Assembly: GCA_024679065.1 (NCBI GenBank)
Contig: JAGIQG010000006.1
Coordinates: 85,064,001-85,128,000 of the forward strand
Direction of reading: 5' to 3'
Source: Sphyrna mokarran
Lineage: Eukaryota
DNA length: 64,000 nucleotides
The translations under genes were made by a program, and so were the position numbers. A model generated the notes under the pieces. It was not told the DNA's origin. It saw only the letters and a list, made by a program, of their open reading frames with translations, and searched no databases. Below, piece by piece: positions 48,490-61,750 of this stretch. Numbering within the stretch: position 1 is the first letter of the stretch; each line of letters opens with the position of its first letter.

Positions 48490-50173
48490 TAGGTATTATT
48501 TTTGTGCATTGTTAATTTTCAGCACATTTTAAACTTTAGTTTCTAACTTTTGCAATTACAACTCTAAGAGCAACTTTGGCTAACTCCAGAATCTCATAAT
48601 CTCATTCATATGAATGTTGAGTGTGTCCAGCAACAAGGAAGAAAGGCTGTGTGTGTTTTTCAAGTCAGTAAATATAACCTAACCTTGGAATCATAAATTA
48701 TTCAGCAGCATTGCACACAGGAATAAATGCAGCTGTACTAATTTGCTTACCTTCAAATTTAACGGAATGTTAATGAAAAATAAATGACATGGCTTTGAAA
48801 ATATAGAGGTAGAATTGTTACTATATTATATAAATTTCTAACACAATTTACCTAATATTACCCCAAACCAAAACCAGAGATTAAGGTATTAAAAATGTGA
48901 CTCTAGCTTCCATGGTCTGCTGAGCTTATTTAAAAATAAAGTCACATTTGGACCCAGTATTATCACAAAATAGAAAGGCCCATTTTGGCACTAACCAACA
49001 ACTTCCATTTTTGCTTTCTGAGGCACAATTTAGGTATCTTTTGGAAGGACACAATCATTCATACAGATGGCTTCTCAAAGACAAATCTGCCAAATATTTG
49101 GTACTCATTAAGCAGAGGTGAGTTTGCTGCTTTGGCACATTTGGATGATAGGAGATGAATGTGCACCCAAGATTAATCTGTATGGCCATGTAGCTGAAAC
49201 CAGAAGATCAATATAAGGCCACAGCTCCACTTCAAGAATGCTGTCAAGAATAAAATGAAGGCCCTAAGCACCGGTTTTCTCACCTGGGAGACATGGGCTG
49301 ACAAAGGAGGAAAATGGTGACATCATCTGTGGGTCAATGTGTCGAACAGTGGTTGGGCAACAGGTGCCAATAACAAAAACAACAATCCAAAACATTGCAA
49401 CACACAAAGGGTGATAGAAGTTTGAAATTCTGTTCTGCAAATAGAATAGTCAATTTGTTCTTGACTATTCTATTACTTCAACAGACTTTTCACTCTCCTT
49501 ATTCAATGTAGCAACTCATTTATGGTACATGCATTTGGCTTACATTGAATTGAAAGATGGGGTTATGATTTGTTCTGCAGTTGATATATGTGTTGACTAG
49601 TTTGCATCTCTAGACATCTGAAACATGGACAGTAAGCATGAATTGAGGTGGTTTATTTACGGTGTTAGAAAATATGGTGGGGTGGAATTTCCATACATAT
49701 TCTCCAGAACTTTACATAACCTCAGCAGGAGATTGCCAGAAACTCCAAAGAAATGGCATTGACAGTCAGATACATCCCCCAAGAATCCATAAACCTTATG
49801 GAGGAAAATTGGGAGAACACTAAGACCTACTCAACACTTTCCATTTTCAAACTTGGTGAAAAAGAAACTTTCTCTTCTAGGAGAGATAAAAATGAGCAGC
49901 GTTAACTTTCAGCAGACACATGACAGGGCATACTTCGCAAACCACAGACAACTAAAAGCATTGTCTACTCAAAAGATGAGGCTGGTCAGTCCATTCAGTC
50001 AAATGTTTTAAACAAATGCACTTTGAATTTTTCCAGTGATTCCCCAAATGGAGATTAGTACAAGTCCTGGATAAATGGCTAAAAATGATAAGTTACGGTG
50101 CTTCATCAATTTTTTACTGCAGCTTTAGTGGGAAATTTGAAAACCCCTATGAAAATTCAGGCGCCCCTACATT

Positions 50174-50460
50174 GGGCAGCATGGTGGCACTGCAGTTAAC
50201 ATTGCTGCCTCACAGTGCCAAGAATCCAGGTTCAATTCTGGCCATGGGCAACTGTCTGCATGGATATCTTTCAACTGCTCCATTTTTCTTCTGTAGTCCA
50301 AATATGTGCAGGTTAAGTTGACTGGCCACGCTAAATTTGATGCTAGTGTCAGTGGAATTGGCAGGGTAAATGTGTAAGGTTACTGGGCCTGGGTGGGATT
50401 ATGGTTGATGCAGACTCGATGGGCCGAATAGCTTCCTTCTGTACTGTAGGGATTCTATGA
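50174..50460 (+). mobile_element. HE1-like V-SINE, tail A
   Basis: gggcagcatggtggcac head; gcagactcgatgggccgaatagcttccttctgtactgtagggattctatga tail. Confidence 0.85.
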
Positions 50461-50925
50461 TAACTCCTGTAGAAATTTAAGGTAGGCTGGATAGTTCAAT
50501 ATTATTATTTTAATTTTTTGTTCTAAATTAGTTACTCAAGCTAAAAACGATGAAAAGGTGGAATTCTGAGATATGCCTAGCCAGCCAAAGGAAAGCCCTA
50601 ATAAAACTAATCACATAGAATAGAAAAAGAAAATTTTAAGCCCCTGCAAATTATATAGTGAATATAGGGAATAGCTGAACCCATGTATAATAAGGTAACT
50701 ATCCCAGTTTTCCATGGAAAATTAATTAAATCGCAGAATGCAACTCCCAAAATATCTGTAAAAATTCAAAATTCCATTGCATGGAATAAATAATTGGATT
50801 TATTCAGTCATCATAAATGCTCTATTAATGGGCCGCAAGTTAAAAATAAATACTCTCTTTTCACCACTATGTGGCACTCTCTATCCATTGTAAAGAGCAA
50901 TGCAGTTGGGCTTAGACTTCTCATG

Positions 50926-51042
50926 ATGTGGAGATGCTGGCATTGGACTGGGCTAAATGCAGTAAGTAGTCTCACAACACTAGGTTAAAGTCCAACAGGT
51001 TTAGTTCTGTTGGCCTTTAACCTGGTGTTGTGAGACTTCTTA
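50926..51042. mobile_element. Palindromic PLE-derived mini-element, centre deleted
   Basis: Tail atgtggagatgctggcattggactggg; arms agtctcacaacactaggttaaagtccaacag / ctgttggcctttaacctggtgttgtgagact. Confidence 0.85.
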
Positions 51043-51569
51043 TTTGGACTTCTTCCCAGTGAGTGACACTTCTCGTTCCTGTGTTTTAAAGACTGTGCCA
51101 CAAATAGCCTGCAAGATGTTCTGGGATTTGCTCTTTTGCATTTCCACTGGTGCAGTCCTGTTCGAAAGTCCATGTAAAACAGATACAAGTAACTGAACAA
51201 GCTAGCTGGAAACAGCATAGTTGCACTTTCTGCAGCAGCAGGCTGTGGGACAAACTGATAAGGAACAAGACTTATTTATTTCATTTCACTCTTGAATAGC
51301 TTCATTACGTGTCATGGCAATTTTAACAATATATTTGTGTATAATAATGACTAAGCAGTCACCTTATGAACCTAGCAAAATATGGCATCAAGACACAGAA
51401 GAATGCAGAAATTCACTGATTCAAATTGCTAAATGTGACAATGGTAAAATCATGACCAGGAGGGCACATGTGCTGAGTATGGGTGCAACCAAGCCAGCTG
51501 GGAATCTCATGCCAACTTGGAGGGAGGTGGCACGTGCATAAGAACAAACTCCTTCATCTTCAGGAGTAT

Positions 51570-51730
51570 AGTAATAAGTTTCACAACACCAGGTTAAACT
51601 CAAACAGGAATCACCTAATGAAGGAGCGAGACTCTGAAAGCTCGTGCTACTAAATAAATCTGTTGGATGTTAACCTGATGTTGTGAGACTTCTTGCTGTG
51701 CCTACCCCAGTCCAATGCCGGCATCTCCAT
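51570..51730. mobile_element. PLE-derived mini-element with hammerhead-like core
   Basis: tcacctaatgaaggagcgagactctgaaagctcgtg; arms and tail as in the other copies; flanked by ttcaggagtata (51559) and ttcaggagcaca (51731). Confidence 0.85.
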
Positions 51731-52429
51731 TTCAGGAGCACAAGACAGTTCTCCTGAAAGTTCAGTGGCCTCACAAGGTCAGGCAAGGTAACACACACAC
51801 ACTTCTTTTCTTTTTTACCCAGACTGTGTGTCAACACATTCTTCACCCTCTCAAAAACACCACTACAACAATTAATTCTCCACTCCACACTCTGTTTAAA
51901 GACAGCTGTTCAACTTACATCCATCCACAGTTTTCTTAACAGCAATTATTTACACGCACAGTCTTTATGCTCTACTTAACATTTTCTCACCTCTTACTGC
52001 TCCCATGAACATCCCTCAACTCTTAACCTTGCCCTCATTTATTCCATCTTCTTACAGGATGAATTCCTTACCAAGATTCAGGACTAAACCTCCAGATCTC
52101 TCATACTTCCTCAAACTGGGAGGCTATTAGAACATCTTCCTTCCTTACTGCTGGAAATGCCTTGACACTTCCGGCCCTTAGTGAACAAGGGGACAACAAT
52201 GTGTCTGCTTAACTAAGGAGACTTGAGGATGGAGAAAGAAAAAGAAGAATGAAGATGGAGATGAATTAGAGTCAAATCAGGTACATGAACACAAGAAACT
52301 AAGAACATAAGAAGGAAAAGAATAGATAATTTGGTGCGGTGAATCTGCTGCATCATTGAATAAGATTGAGGCTAATTCTGATCAATTATTGATTCCAATA
52401 GCCTTTCAGCCTTTTGTTTATCGAGAGTC

Positions 52430-52653
52430 TACGATTAGCTCAATTGGCTAGATGCCTGGTTTAGAATGCAGAAATGCCAACACCGGGGGTTCAATCCCAT
52501 ACCCGCTGAGATTATTCATGAAGGCCCTACCTTCTCAACCTGGGCCTTCACCTGACGTGTGATGACCTTCAATTTAAATCATCACCAGTCAGCTCTCCCC
52601 CTCAAAGGTGAGAGCAGCCTATGATCATCCAGGACTACGCAGCAATATCTTTA
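52430..52653 (+). mobile_element. Short tRNA-derived SINE family 3, inserted in a CR1 3' fragment (~52285-52720)
   Basis: A box tagctcaattgg and B box ggttcaatccc; CR1 tail aagaacataagaa upstream and cttccactgccttttgaggaag downstream. Confidence 0.7.
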
Positions 52654-53119
52654 TCTATTTGTAAATTCATTTAGACTCTGCTTCCACTGCCTTTTGAGGA
52701 AGGGATTTCTAAAAACTCACAAGTCTGGTTCAATGGAGGGTGTAGGTAGCATGCCAGGAGTAGCACCGAACATTCATAAAAAATGAGGTGTCAATCTTGT
52801 GAAGCTGCAACACAAGTCTACTCGCCTGCCAAATAGTATAAGCGCCAAGTGATAGACGGAGCAGATCAATTCCATGAGCAAAGGATTAGGTCTAAGCGCT
52901 GAAGTCCTGCCACATTCAGACAAGAATAGTGGTGGACAATGAAGCAACTTACTGAGGAGCATATTCTACAAATATCCCCATCCATGCTAAAGACAAGGCT
53001 GAAGCATTTTCCGCCATCTTTAGCCAGAAGAGCTGAGTGGATGGTGACCAGTATCGCAGATGACAATCTTCAGTCAGTTTGATTCACCCCCCGTGTAGCA
53101 AGGAACAGCTACAAAAGGA

Positions 53120-53362
53120 AGAATTTTTGTACACAAAGGGTGGTATGTGTCTGGAATTCACTGCCTGTCATGACAGAATAAGCAGAGACCTTAAACTCTT
53201 TTAACAAATATTTGTGTGTGCACCTTAAATACTGTAATCTGCAGGGCTGTAGCCTGAGTGCTGGAAGGTGGGATTACAAAGGTCACCTAGATGTCCTTGG
53301 GCTAGCATGGACAAGATAGGTTGAATGGCCTCCTTCTGTGCTATAACTTTTCTATGGTTCTA
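53120..53362 (+). mobile_element. CR1 LINE 3' end
   Basis: tttttgtacacaaagggtgg..ctggaattcactgcctg..gaatggcctccttctgtgctataactttt. Confidence 0.75.
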
Positions 53363-54416
53363 AGATTGGTTTGAAAATTCTGCAGCGTGTAATTCATCTC
53401 TGATTTCCAAAAGCCTGATCACTGTCTACAAGGCACAGGTTAGGAATGTAATGGAATTAAGTGAGGTTGGTTGGCTATGCTATATTACCCCATAGTGTCA
53501 GTGAGTCTAGCTGGGTAAATATGTAGCTAAGATCTGGGTGGGATTGTTGTCCATGCAGGCTTGATGGGATGAATGGCCGCCTTCTGCACTATTGAATGAT
53601 TCTACAAAGATTTCAAATGGCAGAAACCACAACACTGCATCAGTTTTTCACAAATAATAAAACTTGAAATGAAGTATTAAGCAAAACCTTATGAGTCAAA
53701 ATATACTTTTATCCATGAATTGTTAATTAAAGTCTCTTTATTTGTTTTTGGAAGACATTTGCCATTCGTGATAGGAAGCTAATTCATCAGGTCTGTTTAA
53801 AGTGTCATATTATAAGTAATTTGTCATTCAACTATTATTCACAAACCGTGCAATTTTCCAACAATGAGTCATCTCATTGTAGCTGCTGGATTCTAGTGCA
53901 AAGTTTATGTGAAATGAAGAGGAGCCGCCAGCATTCACTGCAGGGCTGCATCAGTGCTTGTGCATTTATCACTGTCATGTCATCCACTCTGCATAACATG
54001 TTTGCACCTGCAAATAAATTATTAGCTCTTTCTATTTTCAGTCATTTTCCAGCATGTGGACATTGCTGGCAAGCCTTTATGCTTGAGAAAGTGGCAGTAA
54101 GCAGTCTCTTGGAATAACTGAAGTCCAGCTGGTGGAGATGCTCCCACAGTGCTGTTAGGGTAGGATTTTGACCCAGCGATGATGAAGTAATGTACAGAAG
54201 CAGAGATGTCTTCTGCAATTGCACAGCACCTTGTTGAGAGCACAGATGTAGTATTGCAGTATATTTTGCATGGAAAGTGAATGGTTTTTTTTGATTCATG
54301 GAGCATGAGTTTAATCAAAAGGATTTTTTTTTCTCACACACTCACTTCAAATTAAAGGAACATCATACATCCAGCCTCATGCATGCAAACACACAGAAAG
54401 ATTGGACGCAGGAACA

Positions 54417-54729
54417 GTTTTAAAGTTTATTTATTAGTGTCACAAGTAAATTTATAATAACACTACAATGAAGTTAATTTGAAAATCCCTGAGTCACCAC
54501 ACTCCACTGCCTGTTCAGGTGCATTGAGGTAAGAATCTGGCATAGTCAATGCACCTAACCAGCACATTGTTCGGACTATGAGAGAAAATCGGAGCATCTG
54601 AAGGAAATCCGTGTAGATACAGAGAGAATGTGCAAACTCCACACAGACAGTGACCCAAGCCAGGAATCAAATCCAGGTCCCTGGTGCTGTGAAGCAGCAG
54701 TGCTAACCACTCTGCCACCGTGCTGCCCT
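54417..54729 (-). mobile_element. HE1-like V-SINE, tail B
   Basis: aaagtttatttattagtgtcacaagt tail; gcagtgctaaccactctgccaccgtgctgccc head (antisense). Confidence 0.88.
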
Positions 54730-55495
54730 TATACTCTATTACAGATTATGCTCTATTACAGATTATTGCTAATTCAACCTCTGATTAATAATTTCAAGCC
54801 TCCCATATGGAAGACCTATCATTTCTTGAATGGATTTAATACCTCAAAGTTGAAGTGAGAATCTTGTAAAGCAAAGGTTCGCTGCAGATTGTGAAGTTTC
54901 CTGTAATCAAATATCTAGAAGTTTCCTTCTCAGGTAAATTTTGAAACCGGAACAGGTTACATACGCTAGTTGCTTGATGACTTGTGGCTATCTTCAGAGT
55001 CTGGTTCTCAGACTGGCCGACGACTGATGGTTCTCATGGACTTGTTGCACCCCAGGGCTAATATAGATCATTAAAACTAATTTTAATCAACGGATCCTGG
55101 ATTTACACTTTTAGGACCCATCCCAGAAGTTTGGAAGGTAGAGACCATTATGATACAATGGGAAGTTCATACTGATCATCAAATTTCAACCTTCCCTTTT
55201 GTCCTGTTTGAGACATGGAGACAGGCAGTCTGGAAACTCTGTAGTCTTTAGGTGTTTGCCCATCCTTAAACAAAGAGGTGTATGAATTCCACAAATGAGG
55301 TATATTTTCCTATGTCTGTATTTAATTAGGTATTTGTCAGAAACTTGACACAATCTGGTCTAAATACTAAAAGTCATGTGATTTACAGCGGCCACCCTAA
55401 CAGGCCCTTGTGTCCAATTTTTAGAAATATTGACTGAAATTTCATAATATGACATGCCTATATTGGGCTTGGAATAAAAAAAGCTTCAGCGATGA

Positions 55496-56577
55496 CTGCT
55501 GAAATCAAAATGCAGAGAAGTCCCCAAGTCATTCGATTAAAATTCTGTCACATGTATTTGTAGTGAATTATTCACAAAGTGACAACATCTTACCATTGAA
55601 TTGTAGTGAACTAAAAATCCTTTTTACTTTCAGCAAGTAACATGTCTGATTACCACTGAAGTTTCTCGATTATGACATTTAGGTTATGAAGATTCTTCCT
55701 GGTCATTGTTAGCCCTAAAGGAGTTCCTCAGTGATGGATTCTGTAAGCCAGTCTCAACTGAGAGACGTTGGCCTGAAGACATGCTTCATTGAGGAAGTGA
55801 CATTCGAACCAATTCTTATGACAGGAGTTTAAGCAAAACTGACACTATTCAATATCATCCAATACCCAAGAGAGTGGACAGGATAAAAGCTCAAATGAAG
55901 GTATCTCACTTGCAGACTCTTTCTCAGGTCACCTCACAAAAATCAACAGAAGGATCTGGCACATGGAAATCATATCTGTCTGTCAAAAAGATACTATATT
56001 CTTCACCCCAGTGGAACAAAAGATAGAGAATATGCTGAGAGTTCAGGATAATAGAAATGTTTTTGCCATTGCACAGATTGGAGTTCTTCAACATTGCATT
56101 TTGTATTTCACTCTTATATGTAAATTAAACAGCCAATTAGGCAAAGTTGACTCATCTTTTTTTTAATATACCTGTTTTTTTTAGTCTGATTGCTGAAATC
56201 AGAACACAGAGAAGTCCCTTGTTGAAATCAGAACGTAGAAACCACCCCCAAGTCATTCAATTAAAATTCTGTCACATGGATTTGCAGTGAATTATTCACA
56301 AGGTGACAACATCTTACCATTGAATTGCAGTGAAACAAAAATCATTTCTACTCTCAGCAAGTAACGTATCTGATTAGCACTGAAGTTTCTTAATTACAAT
56401 GTTGAAGTTGTGAAGCTTCTTCTGGTCATTATTAGTCCTAAAGGAGTTCCTCAGTGACCTGTAGATTGGAGTTCTCCAACACTGCACTGGGTATTTCATC
56501 TTTATACATAAATTAAACAAACAGTTGGACAAAGTTGACTCATTAATTTTTTTTTATATACTTGTTGTCTTTTAGTC
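55496..56577 (+). repeat. Local tandem duplication (A-insert-B / A-B)
   Basis: A 55496-55733 matches 56190-56456; B 56073-56186 matches 56460-56577; ~340 bp (55734-56072) is present only in the first copy. Confidence 0.9.
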
Positions 56578-56749
56578 ATTTAACAATTTCTTAACTTCGT
56601 TGTAGAAAACTGAAGTTTGCCTGTGTTGTTCTTAATTAAGTAACAGTATCTTCTTTGATGCGCTATTCAACATTTTCCCACAATATGCCAGCACTAATCT
56701 CAGCAGCATTGATTTGCATTATAAATTAGTATCCAGATATAGTGTTAAT

Positions 56750-58400
56750 GGGCACAACTTTCCCAAAAAATAACCAAGGGTGGGTTTCTCCGCCATTCAT
56801 TTCTGCATCAATGCCATCACAAGTACCTTCTTCTTGTGGGTGGCTGATTGTATCAGATTCCTCATGGGTGTGGCCCCCCCAATCAATAAGGACAACAGGT
56901 GTTGCCATAATAGCTAAATTCCCTCAGGTGCATGGTGTGATCAACTGCACATGTGGTGCTTTCAAGGCAACCACGAACAACCTGACAGGGTTATAAAAAG
57001 GAAGGTCTTCCACTCCATCAATGGTAGGTGTGCGACCATAGGAAGAGTCTGTCTGCATGTTTTTCAGGCTGCTGCCAAGATGCTTTTGTACTAAAGCATG
57101 TCAAGTCTGCCTTAGCTCTTCTACCTCTAAACCCCCACGTGCATGGTTGGTTTAAGGGCGACAAGGGCTACCTGCTGATGAACTAGCTCCTAATGCCTAT
57201 ACAAGATCCATGAATGGAGCCTTGATTTTTGAGTTGATTTATTATTGTCACATGTATGGGGATACAGTGAAAAGTATTGCTTCATGAGCACTATAGACAA
57301 AGCATACTGTTCATAGAGTACGTAAGGGAGAAGGAAAGGAGAGGATGCAGCATAAAGGATTACAGTCATAGCTAGGGTGTAGAGAAAGATCAACTAAATA
57401 CATGGTAAATCCATTCAAAAGTCCAATGGCAGCAGGGAAGAAACTGTTCTTGAGTCAATTGGTACATGATCTCAGAAATTTGTATTTTTTTTCCAATGGC
57501 AGAAAATGGAAGCGAGAATGCCTAAAGTGTATGAGTTCCTTGATTACGCCGGCTGCTTTTCCAAGGCAGTGAGAAGTGTAACAAAATCAATGGATGGGAG
57601 GTTGGTTTGTGTGATGGACTGGGCTACATTCATAACCCCTTATAGTTTCTTGCAGTCTTGGTCAGAGCAGAAGTCATACAAAGCTGTGATACAACCAGAA
57701 AGGATCTTTTCTATGGCATATTTGTTAAAATTGGTGAGAGACGTAGTGGACATGCTGAATTTCCTTCGCCTCCTGAGAAAGTAGAAGTGTTGATGGGCTT
57801 TCTTAACTATTGCATCAGCATGGAGGAACCAGGACAAGTTGTTGGTGATCCAGACACCTAGATACTTGAAGCTATTGGCCTTTCCCACTTCACCACATTG
57901 ATATTGATAGGGCATGTGCTCCACTACACTTCCTGAAGTCAATAACTATCTCCTTCATTTTATTGACATTGAGGGAGAGATTATTGGATTCTCTATCTCT
58001 TTCCTGTACTCTGTCTCATTATTGTTTGAGATCTGACCCATTACAAATGTGTAATCAGCAAACTTGAAAATGGAGTTGGAACAGAATTTAGCCAAGAGCT
58101 ATTGACACACCAGGGTGATGATCTGTTCAAGATGCCTGGACTGCCTCTGGTGGAGCAATGTAGTATCAGCCAGCCAGAGTCTCCCGCATGCTTATAATAT
58201 GTTGTGTAGCATACCACATTGTTCAGCAAATAGCAGTGATACTTGAGGAGACAAAGTGCAAGGCAAGCCACATAGCATCATCATCAGAGGAGGAGGAACA
58301 GGATGTGGCTGAAAAACACCAAAAGAATCAGAAGAGGACTCAGATACACAGGTGGACCACATGGTGATGACCATATCTGGGGAATCAGAAGGGGATCCAT
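56750..58400 (+). pseudogene. PIF/Harbinger (HARBI1-like) DDE transposase relic, interrupted by a LINE
   Basis: IAKFPQVHGVINCT (56907-56951), KRKVFHSIN (~56997-57022), GDKGY (57157-57171); after the LINE, RCLD..SGGA..Y.P.RVSR..IICC (~58127-58210). Confidence 0.75.
57222..58091 (-). mobile_element. Rex1/Babar-like LINE fragment
   Basis: SFKYLGVWITNNLSW..KKAHQHFYFLRR..ILSGCITA (ORF 57640-57942); same tail as the 14165 and 30113 copies. Confidence 0.85.
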
Positions 58401-59561
58401 GCAGGACATTTCTGTTGTGGGTGGCCTAATGATCCAGAAATGGTTCAGCTAATGATTCCTGACTGGTCAAACACTGAAGATATGCCTTCTCTACACTAAG
58501 AGAGGGTCTTCACAAGGATTTCACTGTTTCTCCTGTAGAGATGGGCTAATGACTGCAATTTCCAATGGCACCAGTGAATGCCTGCTGATACCTGTGTACA
58601 TTACAATTAGTATTTGACATTGACTCGTAGAGAACATGCTTAACTTTGAAACAGATATTTTAGTGGCATTGTGAGTGACAGAAATCAGATACAAACAACA
58701 TACTTAATAGACAACAGAGATACATTCAATGGTCGAGGTGGCCCTACGAGTGCTCTAATGACATGCTTCCCTTGTCACCTCAGAGAAGGTGAAGTCAGGC
58801 TGCTCGCAGCCCCATTTAAGTAATTGTGAGGATGGCAGCAATTGCTTCATTATGGAGGAACCCTTCCTGTAACTGCATTGGCCACAATTCTGTTCCACTG
58901 ATCTGCCCAAGGACCTGAGGAAGCCCCAAGCAATGCCAAAGCACTTTAAGTGAGACAGGAGGACATTTCTCCTCAATAAAATAAAATTATTGTTGGGAAT
59001 TTTCTTAGGGATTTTCCTGATCAATTGTTATAAATTTGCTGGAGGTTTGGCAAAATCCTAGTTGACACATCAAACTGAGGTTTCCACCAATTGTTCACTG
59101 AAGCAATGGTCGTCTATCTATAGAACCTATGAGGAAGATTATATTTATGTGCAACTTGCGAGCATATGAGTTGCAAACACTCCTTCCAGATTTGATTCAT
59201 CAAGTATGCCAATCCTTTACTTTGGTATGAAATTAGGAAACATGCCACTCTTAAAATTCAGCATGTCGATATAATGTAATTATACAGAGCTGTATTCATC
59301 TTTAGATATGTAAATACCCTGAGATGTTTACACTATACTTTAAATATCATCAATGCAAATATGTGTCTAAAAGGTATAAAAGAAGAAAAAGAAAGCAAAT
59401 TATTTCCGATATCCAGAGAACCTTTGGGTCAATGAAAAAATACTTTCCAATTAACTTCAAACATCCAATTTTCTGCTGAATTACAGTTGATTTGGGGGTG
59501 TTTTTGATACATGAATAGAATAAAATGAGCTCTTAGAGATTTCTGCCTTAAATTTATATGC

Positions 59562-59858
59562 GGGCAGTACAGTGGCTCAATAGTTAGCACTGCTGTTTCA
59601 TAGCGCCAGGGACCCAACTTCAGATCACTGTCTGTGCGGAGTTGGCACTTTCTCCCCATGTCTGCGTGGGTTTCCTCCGATTGTTCCAGTTTCCTCCCAC
59701 AGTCTAAAGATGTGCAGCTTGGGTTGATTGGTTATGCTAAATTGACCCTAGTATCAGGGAATTAGCAGGGGAAATAAGCATTAGGGAAATAGGGCCTGGG
59801 TAGGATTGTGCAAACTCGATGGGCTGAATGGCTTCGGTCTGCATTGTAGGGATTCTAC
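59562..59858 (+). mobile_element. HE1-like V-SINE, tail A
   Basis: Head gggcagtacagtggctcaatagttagcac; core ttctccccatgtctgcgtgggtttcctcc; tail tgtagggattcta. Confidence 0.85.
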
Positions 59859-60099
59859 AGATGCTATGATTTGTGTGTCACTCAAGGTATCTTTCTCATA
59901 GCTGCTCATATTGTCTTATCAGCGTGTGCGTATCAAGAAGGTCTTATGAATTCGCTTATGAAGCATGAACGCTCTCCTTCACCCCATTTCTATTTATTTT
60001 ATTTCATTCTGTTTTTTCTTGTTGTCTCATTCATCCATTTTTATCATTCTTCTTTCTCACTTCCATTTTTCCACTTGTCCATTCCTGCTCTTCTCCTTG

Positions 60100-60400
60100 C
60101 CTCCCTTCCTCTTAACCCTTTCAAGCCAACTGCCTTAACCATCTGTACCTCTGTTCTGCCAATCACACATTCTGATCACTTAATGGATACTTCTAGCAAC
60201 TCTCCCAGCCTTCTATATCCTCATTTACATTTCCTTTATCCAGTTACAGTTGTCCCCACTCTCATAGTGTAAATCTTTTCTGACTTCCTTTGCTCTTAGT
60301 TCTGACAAAGGGTCATCCAGACTCAAAAAGTTGATTCTATTCTCTTTCTACAGATGCTGTCAGACCTGCTGAAATTTTTCAGTGTTTCCTGTTTTTGTTC
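60100..60400 (+). mobile_element. Second PLE-like terminus family element
   Basis: agttctgacaaagggtcatccagactcaaaaagttgatt (60298-60336), then acagatgctgtcagacctgctga..tcctgtttttgtt. Confidence 0.6.
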
Positions 60401-60440
60401 AAGAAGGTCTTACTTAGATTTCTCTGTTAGAACTCTTACA

Positions 60441-60570
60441 AAACCATGTTAAAGAACAACAGGTTTATGTGGTATCATGAGCTTTTGGAGCACTGTTCCT
60501 TCATCAGGTGAGTGGCGCCACTTTAACCTGGTGTTGTGCCCACTCCAGTCCAATGCCAGCATTTTCATAT
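60441..60570. mobile_element. Decayed PLE-derived mini-element
   Basis: aacaggtttat..gagcttttggagcactgttccttcatcaggtgag (antisense CUGAUGA core), then actttaacctggtgttgtg..ccagtccaatgccagcat. Confidence 0.75.
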
Positions 60571-61105
60571 CTTAAATTTGGACAAGTTGAGGCCAATACT
60601 ACCTTTAATTTATTTATATACTTTCCACTTGACGAGGAAGATAGTTTTGTCACATTTGTCAAACGACTGCTTAACACTGTATCAGGAAGTTTACTAATGA
60701 ACTATTTTGGAAGGCTGCAAAATTCATATTATTTCCATTGGAAGCAGAAAAACAAATAAGAGGGTTGTCTGTGTGCATACTGTGCTCACCCCCACAACCA
60801 AAAATATCATTGAAGGTCAACAGACCTTTTCATGGTCTGCCCCTTGCCTGCCAAGGGTATCCTTGCGGGCAGAATGGGAAATTTGTGCCTATGTCTCCAG
60901 TGTCTCCACACTGGCAGGGATCCCATTGGTAAAAGGAACATTTGATAGAATGCAAATAGCAACTGAAGTCCAAAATGACAAACACCTCGATTTTCTAAAT
61001 TGAAAAAGTTTATATACTAGTCATATTCACTTGATATGTGGTGCCAATTGCCGTAACCTGAATGTTCTCCAGATGATTAGTTAGTGCTGTTATTTGGGCA
61101 CAGAG

Positions 61106-61432
61106 ATTCATAGAATCTCTACAGTGCAAAAGGAGGCCATTCAGCCTGTTGAGTCTGCACCAACAACAATCTCACGTGAGTGCTATTCCTGTAATCCCCT
61201 ATATTTACTCTGTTAATCCCTCTCACATTAAGGGGCAATTTAGCATTGTCAATCAACCTAACCCGCATATCTTTGGAGTGTGGGAGGAAACCAGAGCATC
61301 CGGAGCAAACCCATGCAGACATGGAGAGAATGTGCCAAACTCCACACAGACAATGACCCAAGGCTGGAATTGAGCCTGTGCCCCTGGCACTGTGTGGCAG
61401 CAGTGTCAATCACTGTGCCACCATGTTGTGCC
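61106..61432 (-). mobile_element. HE1-like V-SINE, tail A
   Basis: catagaatctctacagtgcaaaaggaggccattc tail; aaactccacacagacaatgacccaagg; cactgtgccaccatgttg head. Confidence 0.88.
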
Positions 61433-61479
61433 ATTATGATTTATTACCTCAGCATTTTATAGTCAATTAAATTGCTTTT

Positions 61480-61750
61480 AAAGCATAGCTGCTGTTATAC
61501 TCTTGGAAAAGCAACAGTCAATTTGCACACAGCCAGCTCCCACAAAAATAAATGACCAGAGTAATATAAATGACCCACATCATCTGTTTGCCAGATGGCA
61601 CTGAGGACTGCTCAGGATACAGGAGGGAACCTCTGCTTTTCTGCACCAGGTGATTTATTATGAGAAGACAGGCTGTACTTGACCTCATTTTCCAGACAGC
61701 ACAGTGTTCCCCATTGCATTGCCAACCTGAAGTTTGATGCTTATATCATG
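61480..61750 (-). mobile_element. DeuSINE-like (SacSINE1/AmnSINE-related) relic
   Basis: caatttgcacacagccagctcccacaaa..aatgaccaga..caggatacaggagggaacctctgct..gacagcacagtgttccc..ttgcattg resembles the antisense Deu-domain SINE body as recalled. Confidence 0.5.
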
